The notes under the pieces were generated by a model. That model was not told where the DNA came from and searched no databases. It saw only the letters and a list, made by a program, of their open reading frames with translations. DNA of 64,000 nucleotides from a bacterium (GTDB lineage Bacteria > Patescibacteriota > Dojkabacteria > SC72 > WJKH01), in the NCBI GenBank assembly GCA_029547225.1, contig JAKPPS010000042.1, positions 4,459 to 68,458 on the forward strand, written 5' to 3'. How positions within the stretch are numbered: the stretch's first letter is position 1; each line of letters begins with the position of its first letter. Both the position numbers and the translations under genes were made by a program. Positions 48,985 to 58,619 of this stretch are shown here, one piece after another.

Positions 48985-49515
48985 CTAATCTAGTGGAATA
49001 CTACTTTCTACCAAGTCATTTATTGCCTGAGAAAATGAGATGTTCTTACTTTTGCAGTATTTTGTAAGTTTAATCTTGGCTGTACTTTGTACCGTAATAT
49101 TTAGCCGATTCTTATTGGCTTTGTGCAAAATATTTTGTATGAATACGTCAATTTTTGTTTCAAGCTCAGCAATATCCTTATATTTACAAAAATCGATATT
49201 TGAAGAGTTTATTATCTTCTGATAGTCTCGATTATTACTCAAACAAAGTGTCGGTAAATTGTATTGGGATATCAATGCTACTTCATAGCCGAGTTGAAAT
49301 GTATCTCCAGATATCTCAAAAACACATGCATCACAGACTTTAATCGCATTTCTTATAAATAGCTCTTTCTCAAGAGGGTCAGAAACATTGCTTTCACAAT
49401 TCTCTAAGCTATAGACTTCGCAATCCAAAGACTTTAGCTTTTTTATTACTGCATCGTAAAAAATTTGATACTTATCTTTACTTCTATATGAAGCTGTAAA
49501 AAATACTTTCAACAA
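48985..49515 (-). CDS. Nucleoside 2-deoxyribosyltransferase/DNPH1-like domain fused to a C-terminal ribbon-helix-helix-like tail
   Basis: VFFTASYRSKDK resembles the (I/V)YF(C/A)GSIRGG start of DNPH1/NDT proteins, and FEISGDTFQLGYEVA their E..S.G.GYE block. The C-terminal NITVQSTAKIKLTKYCKSKNISFSQAINDLVESS looks like a CopG/Arc RHH. Confidence 0.45.
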   Translation of the reverse strand: MLKVFFTASYRSKDKYQIFYDAVIKKLKSLDCEVYSLENCESNVSDPLEKELFIRNAIKVCDACVFEISGDTFQLGYEVALISQYNLPTLCLSNNRDYQKIINSSNIDFCKYKDIAELETKIDVFIQNILHKANKNRLNITVQSTAKIKLTKYCKSKNISFSQAINDLVESSIPLD

Positions 49516-49517
49516 AT

Positions 49518-50225
49518 TTATGAGATAATTTTAGCTATTATTACTGATAATTCTTCATCATCTAGCCGAACCTCTTCTATAATAAATCCTTTCTTACTAA
49601 GTATTCTTCTGATCTTTTTTATTGACTCTTGGCGCGAACGCTTTGCGATAGGGTGGAGTTCAATTATTAAATATGTGGCTTGATTAATCAGCTTACTTTT
49701 CTCAATTATTTTGTATTCTGCACCCTCAACATCAATTTTAATGATATCTGGGCTCTTGTAACAGTTCTCAATTGCTTTATCTAGGGTTATCGCGTTGACT
49801 TTTATGCTCTCCATCTCTATTTTTGATTGCCAACCATCTGTAATAATACTTGATACTGAGGTCCAATTTTGATCTTCAATATTTTTGTCAATATATAAGT
49901 CAATTAACCCATTATTTGCAGAAATGGCATTAGGTGAGATAAATACCTGACTTTGTAATGAGTTTATATTGATGTTGTGCTCAAGAAGTATGAAAGCTGT
50001 GGGGTTTGGTTCGTAAGCATAGATAATTGAATCTCCATTTTGCATATTAAAATACAATGAGGCTATGCCGATATGTGCTCCAATGTCGATGATAACTGGT
50101 TTGGATATTTTAGATAGATAATCGAGGTGGTATATCTTATTGGTGAAAACCTCACTTTTTACTTGATGATATTCTTTCGAGTTATTGTATGCAATAAGAT
50201 ATTTAGAGAGCTTTGTTTCGACCAA
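49518..50225 (-). CDS. FkbM-family methyltransferase
   Basis: IIDIGAHIGIASLYF (SAM motif I) and IKIDVEGAEYKII are typical of the FkbM family. Confidence 0.75.
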   Translation of the reverse strand: MVETKLSKYLIAYNNSKEYHQVKSEVFTNKIYHLDYLSKISKPVIIDIGAHIGIASLYFNMQNGDSIIYAYEPNPTAFILLEHNININSLQSQVFISPNAISANNGLIDLYIDKNIEDQNWTSVSSIITDGWQSKIEMESIKVNAITLDKAIENCYKSPDIIKIDVEGAEYKIIEKSKLINQATYLIIELHPIAKRSRQESIKKIRRILSKKGFIIEEVRLDDEELSVIIAKIIS

Positions 50226-51279
50226 ACTTTTTAATCTTTATCAACTTACTTACGAATAGGTAAATCAAAAAGTGAATGATTGAAAATAGAAATCCAAGAA
50301 AAATCATAAAATAATAACCAATCATGTCACTAAAAATGATATTAATCAGGTAAATATATCCTACAAATTGCAATTTTCCTTTTTCTATTGTCGAGATATT
50401 ACTTAGTACAATTACAAATATAATAGCCGAGATAATCCTGAAGAATGAAATACCCACATAAATATATAATTCAAGCGGAAGAGCAAGATCTAAACGAGCT
50501 GTAAGTATTGGTATGAAATCAAATGTTCCATAGAAATATTGATAAGTTACAAATGCAGAAGCTCCAATGAAAAGAATATATATTACTGCAAAGATTTTTA
50601 TAAGTAATAATAGATAGGGTTTTGAGATGATAGAAAATACAATATTGTCCAAAAAGCCTTTAACTTTATCAAAAAACACAAGATCAACCTTTTCGTCACC
50701 AGTTATTCCTGCTTCACTTATCAATGCACGCATGTTCGTAAGATACTTTGTCTTATCGGGGTCGTCAGTCTTCTTTAGTAACAAATCGATTTCTTGAAGT
50801 GCTGATTTCTTCTCGAAGCTATCAAAATCCTTCTGAGCGATCTCATCAAGCATTTCATGTAGATGGTAAAGCTTTTCAATGTAATCTTTCTTACGACGTT
50901 TCTCAATTAGTTTGATAATCAAATAGATAATCAAAAATATTAAATAGACGATAGCGGCTGTAGGCTTTAAATGGTAATTGTTATCTAATGTGATATATTT
51001 GCCAAGTTCATCTATAAAAAATCCCCAACCGATACCTACAATTATTGCTGAGATATCAATTACAAATTCTCCTTTATACATTAACAGTAATGCTGAACCG
51101 ATAAACATGAATAATCCTCCCCAAAGCATATGTGCAATATGTAAAGTATCGTTTGCTATCATCGGATAGCCTGCAATCTCAAGAAAAATTCTAATACCTA
51201 TTACAGTCAAAGCACCGGAAATTAACATTAATAGTACAGCATCGGTACCACCTCGTCTTAATCGTATATTGTGTTTCAT
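50203..51279 (-). CDS. Polytopic membrane protein, unknown function
   Basis: 358-aa ORF with about 4 N-terminal and about 4 C-terminal TM segments around a charged helical loop. It overlaps the FkbM gene start by 23 nt. Confidence 0.5.
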   Translation of the reverse strand: MKHNIRLRRGGTDAVLLMLISGALTVIGIRIFLEIAGYPMIANDTLHIAHMLWGGLFMFIGSALLLMYKGEFVIDISAIIVGIGWGFFIDELGKYITLDNNYHLKPTAAIVYLIFLIIYLIIKLIEKRRKKDYIEKLYHLHEMLDEIAQKDFDSFEKKSALQEIDLLLKKTDDPDKTKYLTNMRALISEAGITGDEKVDLVFFDKVKGFLDNIVFSIISKPYLLLLIKIFAVIYILFIGASAFVTYQYFYGTFDFIPILTARLDLALPLELYIYVGISFFRIISAIIFVIVLSNISTIEKGKLQFVGYIYLINIIFSDMIGYYFMIFLGFLFSIIHFLIYLFVSKLIKIKKFGRNKAL

Positions 51280-51379
51280 ATCTTAATATATCATGCAAAA
51301 GAAGTTTTTTCTATAATATTATTATTGACCGCATGATAACATCGTTTGGAATATGGTAAACAAGAACTTTTTTCATATT

Positions 51380-52711
51380 CTATTTAACTTTCAAAATTTC
51401 TTGCCATCTTGTAGTATAGCGATTTGATAGTAACTGTTTCTTGTTGTCCCACCTGTGTTTGTTTTCTCCTTCTACAGCGAGTTTGACAATACGAAACCCA
51501 GATTTTTCATTATATCGATCAATCATAGAGACTAGCTTCTCCTCTTTCTGCTCATCAAGATCAAGTTTCCGTAATGTGTTTTCATCTTCGAAAAGATTAA
51601 TCTGGCGGATACAATTAGGAACAAGATTTGTAACCACGACTCCGGATTTTTTGTAATAATAGCCTTTCTCATAAATAGTGTTTAATGCTTTAAGCGCTTC
51701 TTTTGTCATTAATGAAGTACTGTTGGTTGGTATATCAAAATGGATAACTGCGTGATTATGATATTTCGGTCGGGTTCCAAAATTATTTGTCCTGATAAAA
51801 ATAATTAATATATTTGCCTTCGATTTCTGTTTTCTAAGTTGATATGCAACTTGAGCTACATGTCCAGATATTGACTTCTGTAGTTGCTCCAATGTTGTAA
51901 CATCTTCTCCAAAGGATCGAGTTGATGCTATCGATTTCTTTGGCTCTGGGTTATCAGCTAATTTTATACTTGGGATCTCATTTAATTCCAACCATGTCCT
52001 TTCTCCCATAATCGTAAATTGCTTTTTGACAGATTTGCGATCCATCATAGCGAAATCATAAGCAGTTCTAACACCTTGGAGTTGCAATTTAGGCGTATTA
52101 GCTCTCCCAATACCCCATATGTCTCCAACTTCACTATTAATTAGTATATTCTTCTTGGAATCAAAATCTTGGTCATACCAGTTGCATACTCCGTGGAGAT
52201 CAATATTTTTTTTGGCTACTTTTGTACAGATTTTCGCTAATGTCTTTGTCGGTGCTATACCAATACTTACAGGTATCCCAGTGCTCGTTTTTATAGTTCT
52301 GACAAGGTCGCGTGAAAATTCAGATTTATCGCTTTGATAGATATCGGTCAAATCAATAAAGCATTCATCTATCGAATAGATCTCATAATTTTGGACTTTG
52401 TTTTTAATTATGCTCATCACTCTATGTGAGAGATCACCATAAAGTTCAAAATTTGAGGAGAATATTGCGATATTATGCTCTTTGACTAAATCCTTAATTT
52501 TAAAAAGTGGTGTACCCATTTTTATCCCCAATGCCTTTACTTCATTTGAACGAGCAACTACGCAACCATCATTGTTTGATAATACTATTGTTGGTTTATT
52601 GCGTAATTCTGGCCTAAAGACCCTCTCGCAAGAAACAAAGAAATTGTTACAATCTATGACTGCGATGTATTTATTCGGTTTTGTTATGCCTTCTATTTTT
52701 TGTGGGTACAT
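51380..52711 (-). CDS. umuC: Y-family DNA polymerase (UmuC-like)
   Basis: [51 protein letters not shown] matches the UmuC/DinB N-terminus. It lies downstream of a UmuD-like gene. Confidence 0.85.
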   Translation of the reverse strand: MYPQKIEGITKPNKYIAVIDCNNFFVSCERVFRPELRNKPTIVLSNNDGCVVARSNEVKALGIKMGTPLFKIKDLVKEHNIAIFSSNFELYGDLSHRVMSIIKNKVQNYEIYSIDECFIDLTDIYQSDKSEFSRDLVRTIKTSTGIPVSIGIAPTKTLAKICTKVAKKNIDLHGVCNWYDQDFDSKKNILINSEVGDIWGIGRANTPKLQLQGVRTAYDFAMMDRKSVKKQFTIMGERTWLELNEIPSIKLADNPEPKKSIASTRSFGEDVTTLEQLQKSISGHVAQVAYQLRKQKSKANILIIFIRTNNFGTRPKYHNHAVIHFDIPTNSTSLMTKEALKALNTIYEKGYYYKKSGVVVTNLVPNCIRQINLFEDENTLRKLDLDEQKEEKLVSMIDRYNEKSGFRIVKLAVEGENKHRWDNKKQLLSNRYTTRWQEILKVK

Positions 52712-52785
52712 TTTTTTATACGTTATCTTTTAATAGTATTGAGTATATTTATATCGTGTTAGTGATTATATTACAAAGTATTGAT

Positions 52786-52837
52786 TGGGTAGTCATGGAT
52801 AAATATTAAAGGAACGCAAGTTGGTTGGTGGCATACC
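52786..52837 (+). repeat. Box-1 intergenic repeat, between the umuD-like and umuC-like genes
   Basis: TGGGTAGTCATGGATAAATATTAAAGGAACGCAAGTTGGTTGGTGGCATACC. Confidence 0.7.
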
Positions 52838-52845
52838 ATAAACGA

Positions 52846-53262
52846 TTATTTTGGTTTATGTATGACATAAGTTACAACTCCCCAGACTTCAAAATCTGTA
52901 CCTTCGCGGATTTCGATTATTTCGTAATCGGTATTCTCTGGTTGTAAATATATTCTTTTATCACTTTTGCGTAATCGCTTTACGGTAAATTCTCCATCGA
53001 CTATCGCTAAAATTATACTTTTGTCGCAAGCTTCTTTAGATCTATCAATCACGATTATATCATCAGGAAATATGCCTGCACCTCGCATGGAATCGCCAGT
53101 TACTTTTACATAAAATGTCGAATTGGGGTGTTCGATAATGTATTCGTTGAGATCTAGCTTCTTTTCGATTTCTTCGTCAGCCGGACTTGGAAATCCTGCC
53201 TTAACCTTCGTGGCATACAACGGTAATTTTATATTTTTTTGTTTCTTATTTTCTTTTGTCAT
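52846..53262 (-). CDS. umuD: S24 peptidase, UmuD-like (LexA-family C-terminal domain only)
   Basis: Collinear with UmuD: VKAGFPSPADE..., VKVTGDSMRGAGI (catalytic Ser), AIVDGEFTVKRL (catalytic Lys). The putative Ala-Gly cleavage site lies in KAGFPSP. Confidence 0.85.
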   Translation of the reverse strand: MTKENKKQKNIKLPLYATKVKAGFPSPADEEIEKKLDLNEYIIEHPNSTFYVKVTGDSMRGAGIFPDDIIVIDRSKEACDKSIILAIVDGEFTVKRLRKSDKRIYLQPENTDYEIIEIREGTDFEVWGVVTYVIHKPK

Positions 53263-53265
53263 GGT

Positions 53266-53877
53266 TTATTTCTTTGCTTTTTGTCTTGCGGCAGAAATGC
53301 TCATGCCTCCAAACAGCGAAAACAATTCAGCTTCTTCCCCTGGTATAGATAATCCAATTTTAAACATCATATGATGTTTTACATCATTAATTATTATGGG
53401 TAGATGACTGGGATATGCTATAAATAATCTGTAATTTTTGTCTCCGACATAATAAAAACCTTTTACATTTGTAAATGTTCTTAATGAATTCACTTTTCGA
53501 ACATCTGTAACTATCGCACTACAACTTTGGTAGAATAAAGAATTTGAATTTACTTGTGCTTTTCTTGCCAAACCTTTTGTAGTAGCATTTAGATTAATTG
53601 TTGAAGCGAGTAAAAAATGATTTTTTTTCCCATCTGTACTAATAGCATGGGTCAATTCTAAATCCTGTAAATCTCCAATTTTTATCCAAGGAAGGAAACC
53701 AGATAATAGTCCAAATTGAGGTGTTTTAGGTTCAAATAGGGAAGCTACAGTAATTCGTTGTTTATCAGGTTCAGAAAATAATGCATGAGCAACTGATTGG
53801 GTCTCTGTTGCCGTTTTAACTGTTCGATCAGGATAAGAAATGCTTTTGGGTACGAAAACTTCTCCTTGAGGTGGCAT
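53266..53877 (-). CDS. Hypothetical protein, first gene of the umuD/umuC-like unit
   Basis: About 203 aa from MPPQGEVF. It ends 3 nt before the umuD-like start and has no recognised motif. The ORF-track start at 53928 would overlap the EamA gene. Confidence 0.45.
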   Translation of the reverse strand: MPPQGEVFVPKSISYPDRTVKTATETQSVAHALFSEPDKQRITVASLFEPKTPQFGLLSGFLPWIKIGDLQDLELTHAISTDGKKNHFLLASTINLNATTKGLARKAQVNSNSLFYQSCSAIVTDVRKVNSLRTFTNVKGFYYVGDKNYRLFIAYPSHLPIIINDVKHHMMFKIGLSIPGEEAELFSLFGGMSISAARQKAKK

Positions 53878-53878
53878 A

Positions 53879-54772
53879 TTAAGATTTAATCTTAAATAAA
53901 GTAGGGAAGTGAGGTAATACGGCTGCAAAAGTAATTAAAATACAACCAATTAAAGTGGTAAATGTAATAACCTCACTATAAATCAAATAACCCGCGATAA
54001 CAGCAACAACACTTTCAGTTGTACAAATTATCCCGGCTATCGATACATTTATTTTATAACTAAATCCTTTGATATACAACATATTTGCTACTAAAGCAGA
54101 AATAGCAAATAATACAATCCACATCCAAGAACTATTGAACTCAAATGCGGGTATATTTTCTTTGAAAATCAAAGACAGGATAAAACTGAGTGGTGAAGTA
54201 ATTAAGCATACTAACATATAGATCTGTACGGAGTCATAACTTCCTGAGATTTTCTTTGCTATAACGGCGTAAAGTGAAATGAATATACCAAAGCCGATAC
54301 TGAATAAAGCTCCTATTACATTAAAATTCCCTAGGCTTCCAAGTGAAGTTAATAAAATTCCTGCGATAGAAAGAAATATCGCGAATATGCCTAACCTGCC
54401 TATCTTCTCTTTGAAAAAAATAATACCGAATACTACCGATCCGATTATAGTTAGGGAATAACTAAGAAAAGATGCTATACCAACAGGTAAAAGTGAATAA
54501 GCATTATATAATGAAAAATTCCCCATAGTCGATATGATTCCCATCACAATCAACCATTTAATATCGCTTCTTTGGATTTTCTTCCATTTAACAATCCCAA
54601 TTAGTATAAGTACTAGGCTAAATAATACAGTTAAACCCTCTCTGATAAATGAAGTAGTAAATGATTGAAAATATCCATTAATTAATCTCGTGAATATTCC
54701 GTAAATCCCATAGATAATTGTCGAAAAAAATACCAATAAGTATCCTTGAAATTCTGTTTTATTTGATGCCAT
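53879..54772 (-). CDS. EamA/DMT-superfamily transporter
   Basis: 297-aa ORF with about 10 TM segments in two repeated halves. Confidence 0.75.
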   Translation of the reverse strand: MASNKTEFQGYLLVFFSTIIYGIYGIFTRLINGYFQSFTTSFIREGLTVLFSLVLILIGIVKWKKIQRSDIKWLIVMGIISTMGNFSLYNAYSLLPVGIASFLSYSLTIIGSVVFGIIFFKEKIGRLGIFAIFLSIAGILLTSLGSLGNFNVIGALFSIGFGIFISLYAVIAKKISGSYDSVQIYMLVCLITSPLSFILSLIFKENIPAFEFNSSWMWIVLFAISALVANMLYIKGFSYKINVSIAGIICTTESVVAVIAGYLIYSEVITFTTLIGCILITFAAVLPHFPTLFKIKS

Positions 54773-54855
54773 TATTTTAGCTTCTAAAATTATTTTGAGA
54801 ATATATAACTAAAAAGGCAGATATAAATGAAAATACAAAGATTGAATAAAAAAAA

Positions 54856-54927
54856 CTCCGCGACCAGGATTCGAACCTGGAACCAACCGGTTAACAGCCG
54901 GTCGCTCTACCATTGAGCTATCGCGGA
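54856..54927 (-). tRNA. tRNA-Asn (anticodon GTT)
   Basis: The full cloverleaf was read by hand: acceptor TCCGCGA/TCGCGGA, D stem GCTC/GAGC, anticodon stem ACCGG/CCGGT with loop CTGTTAA, T stem CCAGG/CCTGG with loop TTCGAAT. CCA is not encoded. Confidence 0.95.
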
Positions 54928-55057
54928 TTACAGCGCGTGTCTTGTGTAAAGAACTTTCATATTATACTTGCGTAATCAAAAAAATGCAACCGATAGAAAC
55001 AAAATAGTAGCAATAATTCACCTTCAATAAGGCACCGAATTCAAGTTATAAATTAAT

Positions 55058-56059
55058 CTAGAATTCAAACTTTTTAAAAATACCGTACAAGATATATCCA
55101 AGTTTGTAAGAATCGTGTCTAATCAGGCTTCGTTTTAATTTATCACCTTTAACTTTTTGTATTGGATCTCTAGCGATAATATCACCAGTTAATACAAGAT
55201 AATCTTTGTCATCAGCTATGTCGTTCTGGATAGGATAAGCATATTCTTTTTCGTATCGCTTTAAAATATCTTTTGGTAAAATCCCATCGTGACATATTAC
55301 AATATCTGGCTTTCTTTTAGCATATTTTGTTACTTCCTTAACAAAATCGCTCATTTTCATCCAGTGAGTTTCTCCCATTTTAGTCATAATATTAGTAATA
55401 AGAATGATTTGGGCTTTCGTTTTTGACAATGCCTGCGGGATACCATCTACGATTACATTTGCAAGCGTAGTTGTGTAAAGGTCTCCAGGTCCAATAATAA
55501 TATAATCAGCTTCAAGTATTGCATTTACTGCATCTTTATTAGCTTTAGCTTTAGGATGTAGGAACAATTTTGTAATTTTCGATTTGTCGTTACTTTCATT
55601 TTCACCAATTAAATGTTCTCCTATTATTTTTTTCCCATTATCGTATTGAGCACCTAATTTTACTTTATCAGTTGTAACTGGGATGACTCGATTTTCAATA
55701 TCAAATAATTTAAGAGTTGCGTTTATTGCAGAAACTTCTGAGCCCGTAATGTCAGAAAGTGCCATCATAATAATATTTCCAAGTGTGTGGCCTGAAAAGC
55801 CTTGCCCTTTGTAAAAACGATACATAAATAATTCTCGTAGAATATCGTCTTTATCATCATCGGCAAGACCGATAATTGATTTTCGAATATCGCTTAGTGG
55901 CAATAATCCGAACTCGTCTCGCACAGTTTCATTACTTCCACCATCGTCTGTCATTGCGACAATAGCAGAAATAGATATATCAGGATAGATTTTGATACCA
56001 TTTAAAACTGCGTGTGAACCAGAACCACCTCCTATAACAGCCACTTTAATTTTTTCCAT
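55058..56059 (-). CDS. YvcK/CofD-family (UPF0052) gluconeogenesis-factor-like protein
   Basis: N-terminal KVAVIGGGSGSHAVLNGIK, and size and pattern typical of YvcK. Confidence 0.75.
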   Translation of the reverse strand: MEKIKVAVIGGGSGSHAVLNGIKIYPDISISAIVAMTDDGGSNETVRDEFGLLPLSDIRKSIIGLADDDKDDILRELFMYRFYKGQGFSGHTLGNIIMMALSDITGSEVSAINATLKLFDIENRVIPVTTDKVKLGAQYDNGKKIIGEHLIGENESNDKSKITKLFLHPKAKANKDAVNAILEADYIIIGPGDLYTTTLANVIVDGIPQALSKTKAQIILITNIMTKMGETHWMKMSDFVKEVTKYAKRKPDIVICHDGILPKDILKRYEKEYAYPIQNDIADDKDYLVLTGDIIARDPIQKVKGDKLKRSLIRHDSYKLGYILYGIFKKFEF

Positions 56060-56108
56060 TTTTTGTGTAAAATCAAATTACTTAAAATATTATACAACAT
56101 TTCATAAT

Positions 56109-56717
56109 ATGCATAGCAAGAAAATATATCTGTCATCTTTATATCTTTTTTTGAGTGTAATTCCAATTCTCGGTTTAACGGTAATATCATTTTTTAGCTT
56201 TAGTAGCAAAGGATATGTCAATGCTCAAGAAGTTCAAACTGACATTGTTAATCAAGATGTAATTGAAGAACCAGAAGTTCAGGTAATATCAGCACCTTTA
56301 GATAAAACGATTATATATACACAAACAGGATGTCCTCACTGTGAAAAAGTCGAAGAGTTTGTAAAACTCAACAATCTTACTGAAAATGTATTAATCAAGG
56401 ATATCGCAAAAGATAAGACAGCTTATGAAGAATTTACGAAGATTTATGATAACAATAGTATTGCTGAAACGGATAGATATATCCCGATGACAGTCATATC
56501 GTATAATGACCCTGAAAAAACTAATGAGATTGTAAATGGTGATACTCCGATTATTGATTTATTAATCTCTCGATATAGCGTAACAGATCCAATATATGAA
56601 GAGGCATCAACATTTAGCATTGATACAAATATATTAATAGTCTTTGGCTCTGTCGTTGCAATAATATTTATTATTTACGGTATTTACTTTTTGGTAAGTC
56701 GTAAAAACAGCAAGTAA
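56109..56717 (+). CDS. Membrane-anchored glutaredoxin/thioredoxin-like protein
   Basis: N-terminal signal/TM segment, the CPHC redox motif (TGCPHCEKVEEF) and a C-terminal TM segment. The start is taken at ATG 56109, because the ORF-track start 55992 overlaps yvcK. Confidence 0.6.
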   Translation: MHSKKIYLSSLYLFLSVIPILGLTVISFFSFSSKGYVNAQEVQTDIVNQDVIEEPEVQVISAPLDKTIIYTQTGCPHCEKVEEFVKLNNLTENVLIKDIAKDKTAYEEFTKIYDNNSIAETDRYIPMTVISYNDPEKTNEIVNGDTPIIDLLISRYSVTDPIYEEASTFSIDTNILIVFGSVVAIIFIIYGIYFLVSRKNSK

Positions 56718-56825
56718 GAAGCTTCTTTCGTCAAATATATCAGAATATTCGAGAAGCATTACTTTTTGAGAGTACACATTAGAGTACGAGAGTTCGAGAA
56801 TTAATAAATTTTAACTGGAAAAAGT

Positions 56826-57680
56826 ATGTCTAATCGATATGCAAATTATGCAGGTAAATTTTATCCCTCAGATCAAAATGAGCTTCGACTTAACATAGAG
56901 AAATATCTTACTCCAGAAAGTAATCAAATTTATGCTAATACTCCGGATGGACAGTTAATTACATTACCTACGAAAGATATAAGGCCAAAGGCAATAATTG
57001 TTCCGCATGCAGGATATATTTATTCAGGTGGAGTAGCAGGATGCGCATATTCATATTTAAAAAATAACCTTTATGATGAAGTATTTATTTTAGGCGTTTC
57101 ACACAGTTCAAGAGTAGGCAATTTAGTTATTTCCGATTATCAAGGTTGGGATACACCCTTGGGGACGATGGAACAATCACCGAGAACAGTGGATCTTGCT
57201 AAAGATAATCCCGATATCTTTTCAATTAATAATACGATACATGATAATGAACACGCCCTTGAGGTGCAATTACCTTTTATCCAAACAGTCTTGAGTGAAA
57301 ATACTAAAATATTGCCAATATTAGTTGGAGCTAATAGCCCGCGGATCCTTGCTAATGAATTAATCCCGTTAATCGGTGAAAATGATCTGCTTGTCGTAAG
57401 TACAGATTTGTCACACTATTATCCAAATGAAGTTGCTTTAAAGAAAGATCAAAGTACGATAAAAGCTATACTCAATAATCAAACTGATGATATCGAAGAA
57501 GCTAGTAAGGTTAATTATCAAGGAGATATTGAAGCCTGCGGTCTGTATGCGGTTAACATTTTGGTCCAGATAGCTTTACAAAAGAACTGGGATTCGAGAT
57601 TAATTGGTTATGCGAATTCTGGTACCATATCAGGAGATATGGAAAGAGTAGTGGGGTACGGAAGTATTCTGTATTTCTAA
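56826..57680 (+). CDS. AmmeMemoRadiSam system protein B (Memo-like)
   Basis: YAGKFYPSD...IVPHAGYIYSG...EHALEVQLPF pattern of MEMO1-family proteins, followed by AMMECR1 and radical SAM genes. Confidence 0.8.
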   Translation: MSNRYANYAGKFYPSDQNELRLNIEKYLTPESNQIYANTPDGQLITLPTKDIRPKAIIVPHAGYIYSGGVAGCAYSYLKNNLYDEVFILGVSHSSRVGNLVISDYQGWDTPLGTMEQSPRTVDLAKDNPDIFSINNTIHDNEHALEVQLPFIQTVLSENTKILPILVGANSPRILANELIPLIGENDLLVVSTDLSHYYPNEVALKKDQSTIKAILNNQTDDIEEASKVNYQGDIEACGLYAVNILVQIALQKNWDSRLIGYANSGTISGDMERVVGYGSILYF

Positions 57681-57706
57681 AAAATCATTCTCAATATTTT
57701 TTTTTA

Positions 57707-57758
57707 GGTATGCCACCGAACATATTGCGTTCCAATTATATTTCTCCATGACTACCCA
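57707..57758 (-). repeat. Box-1 intergenic repeat, inside the AmmeMemoRadiSam cluster
   Basis: The reverse complement reads TGGGTAGTCATGGAGAAATATAATTGGAACGCAATATGTTCGGTGGCATACC. Confidence 0.7.
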
Positions 57759-57858
57759 TGCACTTTTTGATTTATTTACTTTGGCACGAAAGTTATAATG
57801 AAATTGCGAAATATTCATTTTGGAATGTGAATGGGGTAATTTTTACAGAATATCGCAA

Positions 57859-57907
57859 GGATTGTAATGGTGACGCAAAGTCGTAAAAATCAGCGCGTGG
57901 TTATATA
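57859..57907 (+). repeat. Box-2 intergenic repeat, inside the AmmeMemoRadiSam cluster
   Basis: GGATTGTAATGGTGACGCAAAGTCGTAAAAATCAGCGCGTGGTTATATA. Confidence 0.65.
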
Positions 57908-58028
57908 TAAATTTTAGAGCTGATGGCTTTAATTATGCTTTTGATATAATCTTTTAGAAGTTATTTATCTATCTGGCTTGCTTTTAGTTGAATACCAATT
58001 TAAGGTAAAAAATGGTATAATTAAGTAT

Positions 58029-58580
58029 ATGGATAATATACCAGAAAAGGTTGTAGGACTTGCTTGGAGAGCGATAAGGCATTATTTAGAGCATGGTGAT
58101 AAATATATCCCTGATGCCAAAGAGTATACTGAAGAGCTATTTTTAAAAGAGAATGGTGTTTTTGTAACCTTAAAGAAATTTAATAAATTGCGTGGCTGTA
58201 TAGGAAATATTGAGGGAAATGATAAGGTTTACTTATCAATAGTGGACAATGCTGTTGCTGCAGCTTTTTTTGATCCAAGATTTCCTCCAGTATTGGCTGA
58301 AGAATTAAGTGAAATTGAACTAGAAGTATCTATCCTTACAAAACCTAGAAGATTCAATTATGAAAACATTGACGAATTAATAGCATTTTTAGAGAAAGAT
58401 AAACCAGGTGTAATCGTCGAACATGACGGCTTAACTGCAACATACCTTCCTTCTGTATGGGAAGAACTACCAAAAGTAGCTGATTTCCTAACTAGTCTTT
58501 GCCTCAAGGCTGGCTTGCCACAAGATATTTGGCAAACTGAGAAAATTACGATAAGAACTTATAAAGCAATAATCTACTAA
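58029..58580 (+). CDS. AmmeMemoRadiSam system protein A (AMMECR1 domain)
   Basis: LRGCIGNIEG core motif and length typical of AMMECR1. The start is taken at ATG 58029; the ORF track starts at TTG 57978. Confidence 0.8.
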   Translation: MDNIPEKVVGLAWRAIRHYLEHGDKYIPDAKEYTEELFLKENGVFVTLKKFNKLRGCIGNIEGNDKVYLSIVDNAVAAAFFDPRFPPVLAEELSEIELEVSILTKPRRFNYENIDELIAFLEKDKPGVIVEHDGLTATYLPSVWEELPKVADFLTSLCLKAGLPQDIWQTEKITIRTYKAIIY

Positions 58581-58619
58581 TTAATTAGCTTAGTGTTATT
58601 TTTAGTTCTATTTCGGGAT

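Noticed and set aside
55992-56108. An upstream extension of the thioredoxin-like ORF overlaps the yvcK start, and a similar extension at 53878..53928 overlaps the EamA gene end.
   Set aside because: Internal ATG starts (56109 and 53877) remove the overlaps and give sensible N-termini: a signal/TM segment and MPPQGE, respectively.
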